A program made the position numbers and the translations under genes. From a bacterium (GTDB taxonomy: Bacteria; SM23-31), in NCBI GenBank assembly GCA_965249485.1, contig OZ252239.1:544001-608000 (forward strand): a DNA stretch of 64,000 nt, written 5' to 3'. Shown here in pieces: positions 42,169 through 53,228 of the stretch. Position 1 is the first letter of the stretch. The number at the start of each line of letters is the position of its first letter. The notes under the pieces were generated by a model. It saw nothing but the letters and a program-made list of their open reading frames with translations. It did not search any database and was not told the DNA's origin.

Positions 42169-42464
42169 GACAATAAACTGGTTTGGATGAATAAAAATAG
42201 TTGTCACGTGGTAAATATTATGAAAGTAAATATAGTACTTTTTTTTCGAGTATCAATACAAATTGTCTCATTATTCTTTTATGATGTCTTTTCATTTTCT
42301 ATACATAAGTTTTGCGTGAATTACTTTGCAGGAATGTATACATTTTCATTCTTGTCTCTTTTCACAGGAGTGATATCGTTTCATTTATTAAATCAATAAG
42401 AAATAATACCTGACTCAAACAAGATCAATCGGAAACGATTGTACCAATAGATTGCTGTTATTTT

Positions 42465-43763
42465 ATGATTATTAAATCAGTTGAGAAAGACTGTCTTGCC
42501 TCTGCTCTGGGATTGCAGAAGGGAGACGATATTATTAGCATAAATAATGAGCCCGTCCGGGATGTCATAGACTATCAATTTAACATTTCCGATTCGAAGT
42601 TGCAGTTGAAAGTCCGGCGGGACAGAGAAATTTTCGAGCTTGAATGCGAAAATGAGGAATATGATGATCTGGGGATTGTATTTGAAGAGATAAAGTACCG
42701 TCATTGCGGAAGTGATTGTCCTTTTTGCTTTGTTGATCAAAATCCACAAGGGTTACGGAAGGCTCTCTATTTCCGGGATGAAGATTTCCGTCTCTCATTT
42801 ATGCATGGAAGCTATTTCACGCTCAACAATGTAAGTAAAGGAGACTTAAAACGTATCATAAAACAGCGTTTGAGTCCCCTTTATATCTCTGTCCATGCTC
42901 TTGACAGGAGTGTCCGGAATTTTTTGTTTGGAGTTGAACGTGACGACAGATTACTTGAAAAAATTGAATTGCTTACGGATAACGATATCGAATTGCATAC
43001 ACAAGTTGTTCTCTGTCCGGGAATTAACGACGGCGACATTTTGCATGACACTATTGAAGGGCTTGAGAAGTTTTTTCCCGGTATTCGTTCCGTTGCACTC
43101 GTTCCGCTGGGATTGACAAAATACCGGGAGGGATTATTTGAGTTTCAAACGGTAACACCTGACTATGCTCGGAACCTGATCCCGGAAATCCATGCGCTGC
43201 AGGAAAAAAAGCTCAAGCAACTCGGTGAACGGTATGTCTACCTTTCAGACGAATGGTATTTGAAAGCGGGCAAGCAGCTCCCATCGCTAAAACATTATGG
43301 TGATCTGTTTCAGCTTGAAAACGGCGTAGGTCTTACTCGGCAATTTATCCATACGATTTCAAAGCAAAAATCGGTTTTTAAGCGCTCGATTTCACCGGAA
43401 AAGAAACTGACAATCCTGACAGGCACATTGGCTTACCCAATTTTACTCAAATATCTTGTACCGGTTTTGGAACAGGCTGCAGGATTGTCGGTGAAAGTTG
43501 TCGGAGTGGTCAATGAGTTTTACGGCCACTCGATCGATGTGAGCGGACTGCTTTCAGGAAGTGATTTCATCAGGACAATTAATGCCGATGATGAGAAGGC
43601 CGATATCTATTTGCTTCCGCCGAATTGTCTCAATCCAGACGGCTATACTCTTGACGATGAAACCGAAGATACAATAATGAAAAAAACGGGACAACATGTC
43701 CGACGCTATTCCGGTGATCTTCAAGATATTTGCGAAGTTGTGGAAAGTGCTTCATGCAATTAA
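42465..43763 (+). CDS. PDZ + radical-SAM-like DUF512 protein
   Basis: N-terminal PDZ-like segment, CGSDCPFCFVDQNP, DEDFRLSF, QVVLCPGINDG, QLENGVG. Confidence 0.9.
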   Translation: MIIKSVEKDCLASALGLQKGDDIISINNEPVRDVIDYQFNISDSKLQLKVRRDREIFELECENEEYDDLGIVFEEIKYRHCGSDCPFCFVDQNPQGLRKALYFRDEDFRLSFMHGSYFTLNNVSKGDLKRIIKQRLSPLYISVHALDRSVRNFLFGVERDDRLLEKIELLTDNDIELHTQVVLCPGINDGDILHDTIEGLEKFFPGIRSVALVPLGLTKYREGLFEFQTVTPDYARNLIPEIHALQEKKLKQLGERYVYLSDEWYLKAGKQLPSLKHYGDLFQLENGVGLTRQFIHTISKQKSVFKRSISPEKKLTILTGTLAYPILLKYLVPVLEQAAGLSVKVVGVVNEFYGHSIDVSGLLSGSDFIRTINADDEKADIYLLPPNCLNPDGYTLDDETEDTIMKKTGQHVRRYSGDLQDICEVVESASCN

Positions 43764-43800
43764 CTTAGAAACGATGTTATTACTTTAGTGGAAGTACAGT

Positions 43801-45111
43801 ATGTCAACACCATTTGTTGCAATTGTCGGCAGGCCGAACGTTGGTAAATCGACCCTATTTAACCGAATCATTCAGAAAAGGAAAGCAATCGTAGATGCGC
43901 AGTCGGGTGTAACACGTGACCGACATTACGAAGAGACCGACTGGAACGGAAGGCCGTTTACACTAGTAGATACGGGTGGTTATCTCGCACATTTTGAAAA
44001 CGATATCGATCAAGGCATCCGGTTTCAGGTTGAAGAAGCGATCAATGAGGCGGATGTTGTCCTTCTTGCAGTTGATGTCAGAACTGGCATAGTTAAGGAA
44101 GACAAAATCATTGCAGATATGCTTTTGAAGAGTGGAAAACCGACGCTGGTTGTTGCTAATAAAGTTGATTCTGCAAAGACAGAAGCTGACAGCATGGAGT
44201 TTATCCGTCTTGGATTTGGAGAGCCGAGCGTGATTTCTGCTCTGCATGGCAGAAAAGTTGGCGACATGCTCGACAGGATTACTGAAATGCTGCCTGACAG
44301 CACAAAGTCTTTCCAGGGCGATGATGCTATTTCGATTGCAATTGTCGGTAAACCAAATGTAGGAAAATCCTCGCTTGTCAACGGTTTTTTGGGAAAAGAG
44401 AAAATGCTTGTCACCGATATTCCAGGTACAACGCGGGACTCGGTTGATTCATATTTCAATAGAGAAGGCCAGGTTTATCGACTGATCGATACTGCGGGGT
44501 TGAGGAAACGGAGGAAAGTTTACGAAAATATCGAGTATTACAGCACAATCCGTTCTATAAGGAGCATTGACCAGTGTCATGTTGTTGTTGTTGTATTGGA
44601 TTCGCAGGATGGCTTGCAGATTCAGGATTTAAAAATTATTGACATGGCGGTGAAGGCAAGACGGGGAATCGTTATTGCGCTCAATAAGTGGGACCTAATC
44701 GAAAAGGACACGCATACGTATATCACACAGGAAAAGGAGATTAAAGAAAAACTCGGTCTAAATAACTATATCGAGGTGATCTCAATTTCTGCATTAACAC
44801 GACAGCGAATGCTAAAGCTTTTAGATGTGTGCAAACAGGTTTATTCGGAATGGGGAAAAACAGTTGAAACACACAATCTTAACGAATTGCTTCAAAGTCT
44901 GATAAAGAAGTATCATCCCCCATCATTCAGAGGGAAACAAATAACAATAAAGTACTGTACCCAGACAAAATCGGCACCTCCAGTTTTTACGTTTTTCGCA
45001 AATCATCCTCACGCAATACCTGAATCGTACCGACGATATATAGTAAACACAATGCGGGAAGCATACGGATTTTCCGGTGTTCCTTTTACCATACAAATGA
45101 AGAAAAAATAG
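43801..45111 (+). CDS. der: Ribosome biogenesis GTPase Der (EngA)
   Basis: Two G domains: GRPNVGKS/DTGG/NKVD and GKPNVGKS/DTAG/NKWD. Confidence 0.97.
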   Translation: MSTPFVAIVGRPNVGKSTLFNRIIQKRKAIVDAQSGVTRDRHYEETDWNGRPFTLVDTGGYLAHFENDIDQGIRFQVEEAINEADVVLLAVDVRTGIVKEDKIIADMLLKSGKPTLVVANKVDSAKTEADSMEFIRLGFGEPSVISALHGRKVGDMLDRITEMLPDSTKSFQGDDAISIAIVGKPNVGKSSLVNGFLGKEKMLVTDIPGTTRDSVDSYFNREGQVYRLIDTAGLRKRRKVYENIEYYSTIRSIRSIDQCHVVVVVLDSQDGLQIQDLKIIDMAVKARRGIVIALNKWDLIEKDTHTYITQEKEIKEKLGLNNYIEVISISALTRQRMLKLLDVCKQVYSEWGKTVETHNLNELLQSLIKKYHPPSFRGKQITIKYCTQTKSAPPVFTFFANHPHAIPESYRRYIVNTMREAYGFSGVPFTIQMKKK

Positions 45112-45125
45112 TGCCGATTAATTGA

Positions 45126-46958
45126 ATGGCACATTCTATCGAAAAGGCAGTAAATATGAACGTAACAAGGACTTTCTGCGTTGTATTAGTTTTGTTCTGG
45201 TCTGGAAATGTATTCGGGCAACAGAGCGTTGCACAACTCCATAGCGATTACCTGAATCAGGAGATATCCCTGAAGGAATATGTCGTCAATATTGGGTATG
45301 CTGCGTTCTATCCCGACAGGTTACCTGTACAGTATAAGCAGCTTCATAACCTTCCGAACAAGTGTGCCGTCGAGGCGGTCTATCTTCTAAAATCGAATTT
45401 TGATCTTTTGACATTTGAAGAACAAGAGCTGTTTAAGAACTTTCTCAGCAGACCATCTAAGCCACAATTACCCAAAACATATTTCAGTCCTGAGGGAATG
45501 TTTAAAATCCATTACACCGAGACTGGTACTAATGCAGTGCTTGCGGGAGATGCAAACGAAAATAACATTCCGGACTTTGTCGAAGAGGCCGGAATAGCTC
45601 TTGACAGATCGTACAATTTCTTTATTGCATCTGGTTATCAGCCTCCTCCCGTGGAAACGATAGAGGGAAGTGAATACGATGTTTATTTAAAAAATCAAGG
45701 TTCGGGAGGAGTGTATGGTTCCACGACCGCTGAGACAGACCAACCGGAAACTCCCTGGTTCGATCCTACGAGTTATATCGAGATGAGTAATGATTTTTCT
45801 GATGAATTCCTTTTTACACACGGTTTTGATGCTCTCAGGGTGACTGTTGCACATGAACTCCACCATGCATTTCAATTTGGATACAACTTTAACATAAATG
45901 ACAACCTCTACTTTCATGAGATGACATCAACCTGGTTCGAAGATGTATTGTATGATGATGTTAATGACTATCTTCAATACGTACCCCATGTTATTGGAGA
46001 AGGGAGTCTCAAAAACTCACTCGGTAATAAATTTCCTTTAAGTAGAACACTCCGACAATACGGCATGTCACTATTTTTACATGTGTTTGATAAACGGTTC
46101 GGGGAACTTGGACCTGACTTGTTAGTGAATACCTGGGAAAATATTCGGCTTGGAACAGCAATCGATATACTTGAAGACGTGATCAATGAATCAACCGAGT
46201 CAACCTTCGAAACAGAATTTCATGAATTTTATGTGTGGAATTACTTTACGGGATCTCATGCAGATACAGATTCTTATTATCCTGATGGAGACCTTTATGC
46301 CAACCTTGTTCCAAATCAAGAGATCGAAGTTCAAAATGACACTACCATTGAAATTAGTACCCGTGAACTCTCTTCACAATATATTACGTTTAAGTATGCG
46401 CTCGGCGGCACTTTTGATGTCGAGTTGGAAATTGAGCCTGAAGACCTGGATTTATGGCACGTATCGATTATACTCAATGATAATTCAAATATACCCCAAA
46501 GACGGTCAATTGCATTCAATAATGATGTGACCGGAGTAGTGTCACTTTTTTCGTTCAGTAACGAACCGGAATTGACGGTGATTGCAACGATGACAGGAAA
46601 ATCTCCAAAAAGTTATGGCGCAACGATTTCTCTCAGCATAAATGAGCCACCCGCTCTGTCGAGTAATCTTTTCCCGACTATTCCAAGTCCTGCCAATTTT
46701 AATCTAACCGACCGTATTAAAATACCGTTTGAAATTGATGAGTCAGATGAAGTAGAATTACGCATTTATTCACTTAGCGGCGCACTGATTAAAAGTTTTC
46801 CAAAAGTGTTACTCCCCCCCGCGAAATATGAAGACAACACGCCATTTGAATGGGATGGCATGAGTGATAATAACAAACAGGTCCCCAGCGGGATTTATAT
46901 CTATGTCCTGAATGGTAATAAAATTTTCAAAAGAGAAAAAATGGCGGTGATACGGTAA
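45126..46958 (+). CDS. Secreted zinc metalloprotease (MXAN_6640-like) with FlgD-Ig/T9SS-like C-terminal domain
   Basis: Signal peptide (start may be ATG 45156); FKIHY, TVAHELHHAFQ, EMTSTWFED; CTD IYSLSGALIK...WDGMSDNNKQVPSGIYIY...KMAVIR. Confidence 0.8.
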   Translation: MAHSIEKAVNMNVTRTFCVVLVLFWSGNVFGQQSVAQLHSDYLNQEISLKEYVVNIGYAAFYPDRLPVQYKQLHNLPNKCAVEAVYLLKSNFDLLTFEEQELFKNFLSRPSKPQLPKTYFSPEGMFKIHYTETGTNAVLAGDANENNIPDFVEEAGIALDRSYNFFIASGYQPPPVETIEGSEYDVYLKNQGSGGVYGSTTAETDQPETPWFDPTSYIEMSNDFSDEFLFTHGFDALRVTVAHELHHAFQFGYNFNINDNLYFHEMTSTWFEDVLYDDVNDYLQYVPHVIGEGSLKNSLGNKFPLSRTLRQYGMSLFLHVFDKRFGELGPDLLVNTWENIRLGTAIDILEDVINESTESTFETEFHEFYVWNYFTGSHADTDSYYPDGDLYANLVPNQEIEVQNDTTIEISTRELSSQYITFKYALGGTFDVELEIEPEDLDLWHVSIILNDNSNIPQRRSIAFNNDVTGVVSLFSFSNEPELTVIATMTGKSPKSYGATISLSINEPPALSSNLFPTIPSPANFNLTDRIKIPFEIDESDEVELRIYSLSGALIKSFPKVLLPPAKYEDNTPFEWDGMSDNNKQVPSGIYIYVLNGNKIFKREKMAVIR

Positions 46959-47034
46959 TCCGTCACTCAATACTTTGATTGATTTTAGATGTTCTATGTT
47001 GTTCATTACTTGGTATAACATGTAAAGCGATAGT

Positions 47035-49212
47035 ATGTTACAATGTAATAGCCGATTTGCAATTTCTTTCGTATTGACATATATTGTTTTAATGAATCCG
47101 GTTTTCAAACCGGATGTTGTATGTGCACAATCCGAATCCCAATCCTATGAGACACTCATTGCTGATGGTGATGAGGCCCTCAGGTCACATCTATACAACC
47201 AAGCACTTGAATTATATAATTCCGCATTGACAGCAGCACCGTTACTTCATGACAATAGTGCATTCCAGTTAAAACTGGCAAAGAGTTTATACCATACTGG
47301 TGATTTCAGCTCAGCTCTCGAGATGCTTACCAAATTAAATACAGCTGGAACTGCCTACAATGAATACATTGATTATTTTATTGGTATGAGCCTGTTCAAA
47401 TCTGGAAGAAATGAAGAAGCTGAGAAGGCATTTTCTCTCTTTCAGAAATCGTATAGGGGCAGCCCTCTCAAGGATGAAGCATCTTATTTAACAGGGTTTC
47501 TGCTGCATAAACGGGGGGAATTCTCAAAATCCAATACGTATCTCCAGCTTTTAGAGAACAAAAGTGGTCTGCAGACCGGAAAAACCGTCGTCCGGTACCT
47601 TGTTGGGCTCAACTATATTTTGTCCGGAGATGAGGAGACTGGAATCAGGAGACTTCTCGACATTATCAGTGCCTCATCTTCGGATACGCTTGCTCTACAC
47701 TCAGCGAATGAGATTATACAGTTACGGGAGAAGAGCTCAACCCCCTTAACTGGGAATGAAACTGTTTTAATTGCTTCGGTTTTTGTTAGTCACGATAAGA
47801 TACGGGAAGCTCGTCGTCTTATTGACCGCTATTTCAGCGAAAATCCCGCGGGTACATTTATCGGTCGGGCGCATTTCGAGCGGGGCCGGATTCGGTACAT
47901 TCAGAAAATGTACAATGAAGCTGCTGAGGATTTTTCCGCAGCATTTTTGCTCATCAAAGACCCGAAACTGATTCGAGAATCACGACTTAATATTGCTCGG
48001 AGTATGTATTACAGCAGAAACTATACTCAAGCTGAGCAGGAATATGACCGGTATGCACGTGAGTATCCGCTTGACAACAAAGCCGCAGAAGCTCTCTGGA
48101 TTGTCGCACTCAATTACGAGCGGCGAAACGAACTGCTGAAGGCGGCCGAAGCGTATCAACGGGTTGCATCCAAAAACGCACCGAACAATTACCGTTTTAG
48201 AGCACTGTTCAAGATAGGTTTCTGCTGGTACAAGAGCGATCTCCTTACAAAGTCAAATCAATATTTCAAAGAGCTTCAGTCACTCCACCCGGGTACATCA
48301 TTAGCTCTTCAGGCAGCCTTCTGGGAAGCAAAAGCATTAGAAAAATTAGGGAGAACCGAACAGTCCCGATCGTTGTTGGAGCAGCTGGCTCAGCGAAAAG
48401 AACTCAATTACTATGTAATTGCTGCGCGCAAAAAAATTGGAACTCCATTTTATAAGAATGGCGAGTCTATCAAACTTGAGTTCGATTCATCATCTGAAAA
48501 ACTGCAATCAATAGTTACTATCGGCCTTATCTTCGGTGAGCCATGGGGATCACTGGAATTGAAGCAGTTCAGAAGCAGTTTCGGCAGTTCTCAGGAAAAA
48601 CTTATAGATATACACAGCGCTTATGTTGCAATGGGCGCATACAATGAAGCTGTCCGACTGGCAGATTTAATTTATAATCGATACTATTACGGTACGAACA
48701 ATAATGTTCTCCGGGCGCTCTACCCGAAGTATTATCAAAACCAGTTGGCTTCAATTTCCGATGCTCGCAGAGTGGATGAAAATCTTATCTTTAGTGTTAT
48801 ACGGCGTGAGAGCCTTTTTGGTGTTCAGGCAGTTTCGTATGTTGGTGCCATGGGATTGATGCAGCTTATGCCCAAAACAGCTATGACGCTTGCAAAGGGT
48901 CTTAATCTGAAAAACTTTTCTGTAAGTGACGCATTCAGACCCGATATTAATATGATGCTTGGTGTCAGGAATATTCGTGAGCTGATGCAGCGCTTCCGCG
49001 GAGCAATACCGCTTGCTGCGGCTGCTTATAATGCGGGTGACAGTGCAGTGCGCAGGTGGATTGAACGGTATGGTACTGCCGATATGGATGAGTTCATTGA
49101 AAATATTGAATACTCTGAGACCAGAACATTTGTGAAAGAGATACTAAAAAACCACTATTTTTATACGTATCTCTATGACGATCAGAGTGTCACTCCTCCG
49201 GATCATGAATAG
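47035..49212 (+). CDS. TPR-repeat lytic transglycosylase (Slt-like)
   Basis: TPR helices then IRRESLF, GAMGLMQLMP, AAYNAG, ETRTFV. Confidence 0.9.
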   Translation: MLQCNSRFAISFVLTYIVLMNPVFKPDVVCAQSESQSYETLIADGDEALRSHLYNQALELYNSALTAAPLLHDNSAFQLKLAKSLYHTGDFSSALEMLTKLNTAGTAYNEYIDYFIGMSLFKSGRNEEAEKAFSLFQKSYRGSPLKDEASYLTGFLLHKRGEFSKSNTYLQLLENKSGLQTGKTVVRYLVGLNYILSGDEETGIRRLLDIISASSSDTLALHSANEIIQLREKSSTPLTGNETVLIASVFVSHDKIREARRLIDRYFSENPAGTFIGRAHFERGRIRYIQKMYNEAAEDFSAAFLLIKDPKLIRESRLNIARSMYYSRNYTQAEQEYDRYAREYPLDNKAAEALWIVALNYERRNELLKAAEAYQRVASKNAPNNYRFRALFKIGFCWYKSDLLTKSNQYFKELQSLHPGTSLALQAAFWEAKALEKLGRTEQSRSLLEQLAQRKELNYYVIAARKKIGTPFYKNGESIKLEFDSSSEKLQSIVTIGLIFGEPWGSLELKQFRSSFGSSQEKLIDIHSAYVAMGAYNEAVRLADLIYNRYYYGTNNNVLRALYPKYYQNQLASISDARRVDENLIFSVIRRESLFGVQAVSYVGAMGLMQLMPKTAMTLAKGLNLKNFSVSDAFRPDINMMLGVRNIRELMQRFRGAIPLAAAAYNAGDSAVRRWIERYGTADMDEFIENIEYSETRTFVKEILKNHYFYTYLYDDQSVTPPDHE

Positions 49213-49372
49213 TCGGAACCAATTGTTCTGAAATAGAAATATGCACAATTTGTAATTTTAGCTTGCCTAAAAAGGTAATTTATTGTTACTTTGTAGAAAA
49301 TCCTATCCCACTTTTTTGCAATTCGCTTCGATAATCACATTTTCACTCCATAGAATTACCGGGAGACCCATC

Positions 49373-50068
49373 ATGGCAGAGAAAAAAAAGGCTACCACGA
49401 AAAAAAAATCTGACGATCGGACAGCCGATCAAGATTATAAGCGGATTTTCCGATCATCGTCGGATAAGATGATTGCAGGTATTTGCGGTGGACTGGCGGA
49501 ATATTTCGGTATTGATCCTACACTTATCCGCATTATATTTGTGATTCTCTGTTTCATCAGTGGCACTGGGCTGATTGTATATTTGATTGGGTGGATTATT
49601 ATACCAGTGCAAGAAGATACTGCCAACTCTCCTTCAACATCTTCGTCCACACTGATCGGTACTATCATCGGCGCTTTGATTATTCTGTGGGGCTTTAGCC
49701 TCATGTTCAGAGACTGGCTCTGGATACCGCACTGGTTCGACATAATGACATTCTGGCGATTCATATTCTCGCTCATTGTAATCGGTGTGGGAGTTGTTGT
49801 TCTGACAAAAACTCTTCAGAAAAGAGATGAAGCCGATGAAGAGAGACCAAAGGCTCATACTACGTCGAAAATCCTCTATCGGTCTACAACCAATAAACGG
49901 TTAAGCGGTGTTTGCGGGGGAATTGGAGAGTATTATTCTATTGACCCGACTGTTGTGCGGATTCTTTGGATTATCGGAACACTCATTTCACACGTCCTGC
50001 CGGGCATTATTATATATTTTGTTATGGCGTATATTGTTCCTGAAGCACCGGTAACAAATCAGAAATAA
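49373..50068 (+). CDS. Double PspC-domain membrane protein
   Basis: ATG 49373 after GGGAG; two RS-x-x-D/N-K-x-x-x-G-x-CGG-x-x-EY-x-x-IDPT motifs. Confidence 0.88.
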   Translation: MAEKKKATTKKKSDDRTADQDYKRIFRSSSDKMIAGICGGLAEYFGIDPTLIRIIFVILCFISGTGLIVYLIGWIIIPVQEDTANSPSTSSSTLIGTIIGALIILWGFSLMFRDWLWIPHWFDIMTFWRFIFSLIVIGVGVVVLTKTLQKRDEADEERPKAHTTSKILYRSTTNKRLSGVCGGIGEYYSIDPTVVRILWIIGTLISHVLPGIIIYFVMAYIVPEAPVTNQK

Positions 50069-50095
50069 TTGTCACAGTGAGCCTGAGCTGATAAT

Positions 50096-50155
50096 AATCT
50101 CCTTATATCCAAACGCACATAGGATTGAACTATTGTTTTGTGTCAGAAGGAGATT
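50096..50155. terminator. Inverted repeat between convergent pspC-like gene and secA
   Basis: AATCTCCTT...AAGGAGATT 9-bp arms with long loop. Confidence 0.35.
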
Positions 50156-50174
50156 GTTTGGTTAGGGCAGTAAT

Positions 50175-53159
50175 TCAGGATGTGACACCGTGACACTTTT
50201 TAAATTTTTTTCCTGATCCGCATGGACAAGGATCGTTCCGTCCAACTTTTTTATCGACGCGAACAGGCTCTTTTTTCCCGCGACGTGCGGCTTCCCGCAT
50301 TTCTGGAGGCTGCTGATAACCGAGTCCCAATGTGTCCTCATGGCTCAGTGTCATATGTTGCGGAGCCTGCATATTAGGCTGCCGGGTCGATTCGACCTGC
50401 GCTTTATAGATAAACGTTACCGCTTCTTCATTTATTTTTGTTAACATCCCCTGAAAAAGAGAAAACGCTTCTTTCTTATATTCTATAAGGGGGTCCTTTT
50501 GGCCGTATGCCCGTAAGTTTACTCCTTCTTTTACCTGATCGAGCTCATAGAGATTTTCTTTCCACTGTTCATCAATGACTTTCAACACAGCAATACGTTC
50601 AAGCTTTCTCATAATTGCAGAGCTGATAGATTCTTCTTTGCGATCATATATCATCCGTGCACTCTTTTTGAGCTCCTCTTCAAATTCTTCCTTTTTGAGT
50701 GTACTTTTCCGTTCTTCAGGTACATTGATATTCAGCAGCATCGTCCGCAAAAAATCGTGCTGAAGCCCTTCCCAATTCCACTCCTCAGCATAAGATTCGG
50801 TAGCAGTGTGCTCATCGAGCGTATCTTCTACAAACTCATCAACCATCTTGACAACATTGTCTTTGAGATTGTCTCCTTTGAGTGCGGAATTTCTCAGGTT
50901 ATAAATCACTTCACGCTGCTTGTTCATTACATCGTCGTATTCGAGGAGATGCTTTCTGATACTGAAGTTGTGACCTTCGACTTTTTTCTGAGCACGCTCT
51001 ATCGATTTTGTGATCATAGCATGTTGAATCACTTCTCCGTCTTCAGCTCCAAGCCGGTCCATAACCCGTGCAATGCGGTCCGATCCGAATAAACGCATGA
51101 GGTCGTCTTCGAGACTTAGAAAAAACCGAGATGATCCGGGATCTCCCTGTCGGGCACACCGTCCTCGCAGCTGGAGATCGATTCTTCGTGCTTCGTGACG
51201 CTCAGTCCCGATGATATGGAGGCCTCCAGCATCTTTTACACCTTGTCCCAATTTAATGTCGGTTCCACGTCCGGCCATGTTTGTTGCAATAGTCACACTC
51301 CCCGATCGTCCGGCATTTGCCACAATTTCCGCTTCACTCTGGTGCTGTTTTGCATTTAGAACGGAGTGTTTGATGCCTTTGCGCTTTAACATTCTGCTCA
51401 GTGTTTCCGACACATCAACACTGATAGTACCGACAAGGACGGGTCGACCCTTAGAAATCATTTCCTCAATTTCAACAATGACGGCATTATATTTTTCTCG
51501 TTTGGTACGGAATATCTGGTCGTTATAATTGCTCCGAGCAACTTCTCTGTTGGTAGGAATTGCCGTGCAGTCCAATTTATAAATTTCCCAAAATTCACTC
51601 GCTTCAGTGATTGCCGTTCCGGTCATTCCTGCAAGTTTGTTATAGAGACGAAAATAATTTTGCAGGGTGATGGTTGCAAGCGTCTGGGATTCGCGCTCAA
51701 TTTTAACATTCTCTTTCGCTTCCAGCGCCTGATGGAGTCCGTCCGAGTACCTTCTGCCCGGGAGCAATCTTCCGGTAAACTCATCGACAATCATCACCTT
51801 ACCGTCCTGGACTACATACTCATCATCCTTTTCATAAAGCGAGTATGCCCGGAATAGTTGCGATATATTCTGGTTCTGCTCAGAACGTTGATTGTATGTT
51901 TCCTGAATTTCCTGTTTTTTACGTGCTTTCGTTTCGTCATCGATCGATTCATCAGCGTCAATATCATGAATTTCTTCGTTGATATTGGGCAGCACAAACA
52001 TTTCAGGATTATTCGGCGCCATGTACTCTCTGCCCTTTTCAGTCAAGTCTGCTATATGCCTCTTTTCATCGACCGTGAAATAAAGCTGTTCATCAATTTC
52101 ATGTAATTTCTTGTCGCGTATATAGTCGTTTTCAACAGTCTGTACCAGTCGTTTCACACCCGGTTCATGGAGCAATTTTGTGAGCCGCTTGTTTTTCGGC
52201 GCTCCCTTGCTTGCCTTCAACAGCTCTATACCGGCTTCATAATCTTTTTCTTCCTTAAAAAACCGTTCGGCATTTTGTACAAGGCTGTTAACAAATCCAG
52301 ATTGAGCTTTAACTGTCCGTTCAACCAAGGGTTTCAGCTTGTCGTACATCTGTGTGGAAACCGCAACCGGACCTGAAATAATAAGCGGAGTCCGGGCTTC
52401 ATCAACTAGAACCGAGTCAACTTCATCAACAATTGCAAAGTTGTGTTTTCGCTGCACCTGGTCTTCCGGGCGGATTGACATATTATCGCGTAGATAATCA
52501 AAACCAAATTCATTATTGGTACCGTAGGTTATGTCACAACCGTAAATTTCTCTCCGCTCCTGGGATGTCATTGTATTCAATATACAGCCGACTGTTAGTC
52601 CCAAATACTGAAAGATTTGTCCCATCCATTCGCTGTCGCGTGCAGCAAGATAGTCATTTACCGTGACAAGATGAACACCCCGCCCCGTCAGCGCATTCAG
52701 GTAGATGGGCATCGTAGCAACGAGCGTTTTCCCTTCTCCTGTCGCCATTTCTGCAATTTTTCCCTGATGGAGAACAATTGCGCCAACAATCTGAACATCA
52801 TAAGGGACCATGTCCCATTCGGTCGAGATTTCCCGAACATTCCACACTTTCCCGACATGCCGTTTACATGCTTGTTTGACAAGTGCAAATGCTTCCGGCA
52901 ATATCTCGTCAAGTAGCTCTTCTTCCGCTTCAAGCACCGCATGTTCAATGTCGTCGGCAGATTCACCGTCCATCTCTGCTCGTACTGCGTCACCAACTTC
53001 GGCAATACGTTTCCTAAAAGCCTCTGTTTTACTTGGAAAATCTTCGGGTTGTAAGGCGTCGTATTCGTCATACAATCGATTCACTTCTTCAACAAGTGGT
53101 TTGACTTTTTTTATATCACGAAGGTCTTTGTCACCAAAAATTTTTGTTAGGATACCCAT
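50175..53159 (-). CDS. secA: Preprotein translocase subunit SecA
   Basis: MATGEGKT, DEVDS, ATNMAGRGTDI, SEC-C GRNDPCPCGSGKKFKKCH. Confidence 0.98.
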   Translation of the reverse strand: MGILTKIFGDKDLRDIKKVKPLVEEVNRLYDEYDALQPEDFPSKTEAFRKRIAEVGDAVRAEMDGESADDIEHAVLEAEEELLDEILPEAFALVKQACKRHVGKVWNVREISTEWDMVPYDVQIVGAIVLHQGKIAEMATGEGKTLVATMPIYLNALTGRGVHLVTVNDYLAARDSEWMGQIFQYLGLTVGCILNTMTSQERREIYGCDITYGTNNEFGFDYLRDNMSIRPEDQVQRKHNFAIVDEVDSVLVDEARTPLIISGPVAVSTQMYDKLKPLVERTVKAQSGFVNSLVQNAERFFKEEKDYEAGIELLKASKGAPKNKRLTKLLHEPGVKRLVQTVENDYIRDKKLHEIDEQLYFTVDEKRHIADLTEKGREYMAPNNPEMFVLPNINEEIHDIDADESIDDETKARKKQEIQETYNQRSEQNQNISQLFRAYSLYEKDDEYVVQDGKVMIVDEFTGRLLPGRRYSDGLHQALEAKENVKIERESQTLATITLQNYFRLYNKLAGMTGTAITEASEFWEIYKLDCTAIPTNREVARSNYNDQIFRTKREKYNAVIVEIEEMISKGRPVLVGTISVDVSETLSRMLKRKGIKHSVLNAKQHQSEAEIVANAGRSGSVTIATNMAGRGTDIKLGQGVKDAGGLHIIGTERHEARRIDLQLRGRCARQGDPGSSRFFLSLEDDLMRLFGSDRIARVMDRLGAEDGEVIQHAMITKSIERAQKKVEGHNFSIRKHLLEYDDVMNKQREVIYNLRNSALKGDNLKDNVVKMVDEFVEDTLDEHTATESYAEEWNWEGLQHDFLRTMLLNINVPEERKSTLKKEEFEEELKKSARMIYDRKEESISSAIMRKLERIAVLKVIDEQWKENLYELDQVKEGVNLRAYGQKDPLIEYKKEAFSLFQGMLTKINEEAVTFIYKAQVESTRQPNMQAPQHMTLSHEDTLGLGYQQPPEMREAARRGKKEPVRVDKKVGRNDPCPCGSGKKFKKCHGVTS

Positions 53160-53228
53160 GAATTTTCTATCCGTTACATTTAATTATTCAGTTATAATGT
53201 CATACAGTAGACTAAGTTCCCAAATGAT

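Noticed and set aside
45094..45120. sigma28-like CAAA-N15-GCCGATTA before the metalloprotease
   Set aside because: The -35 lies inside der coding sequence and the match is weak; read-through from der is simpler
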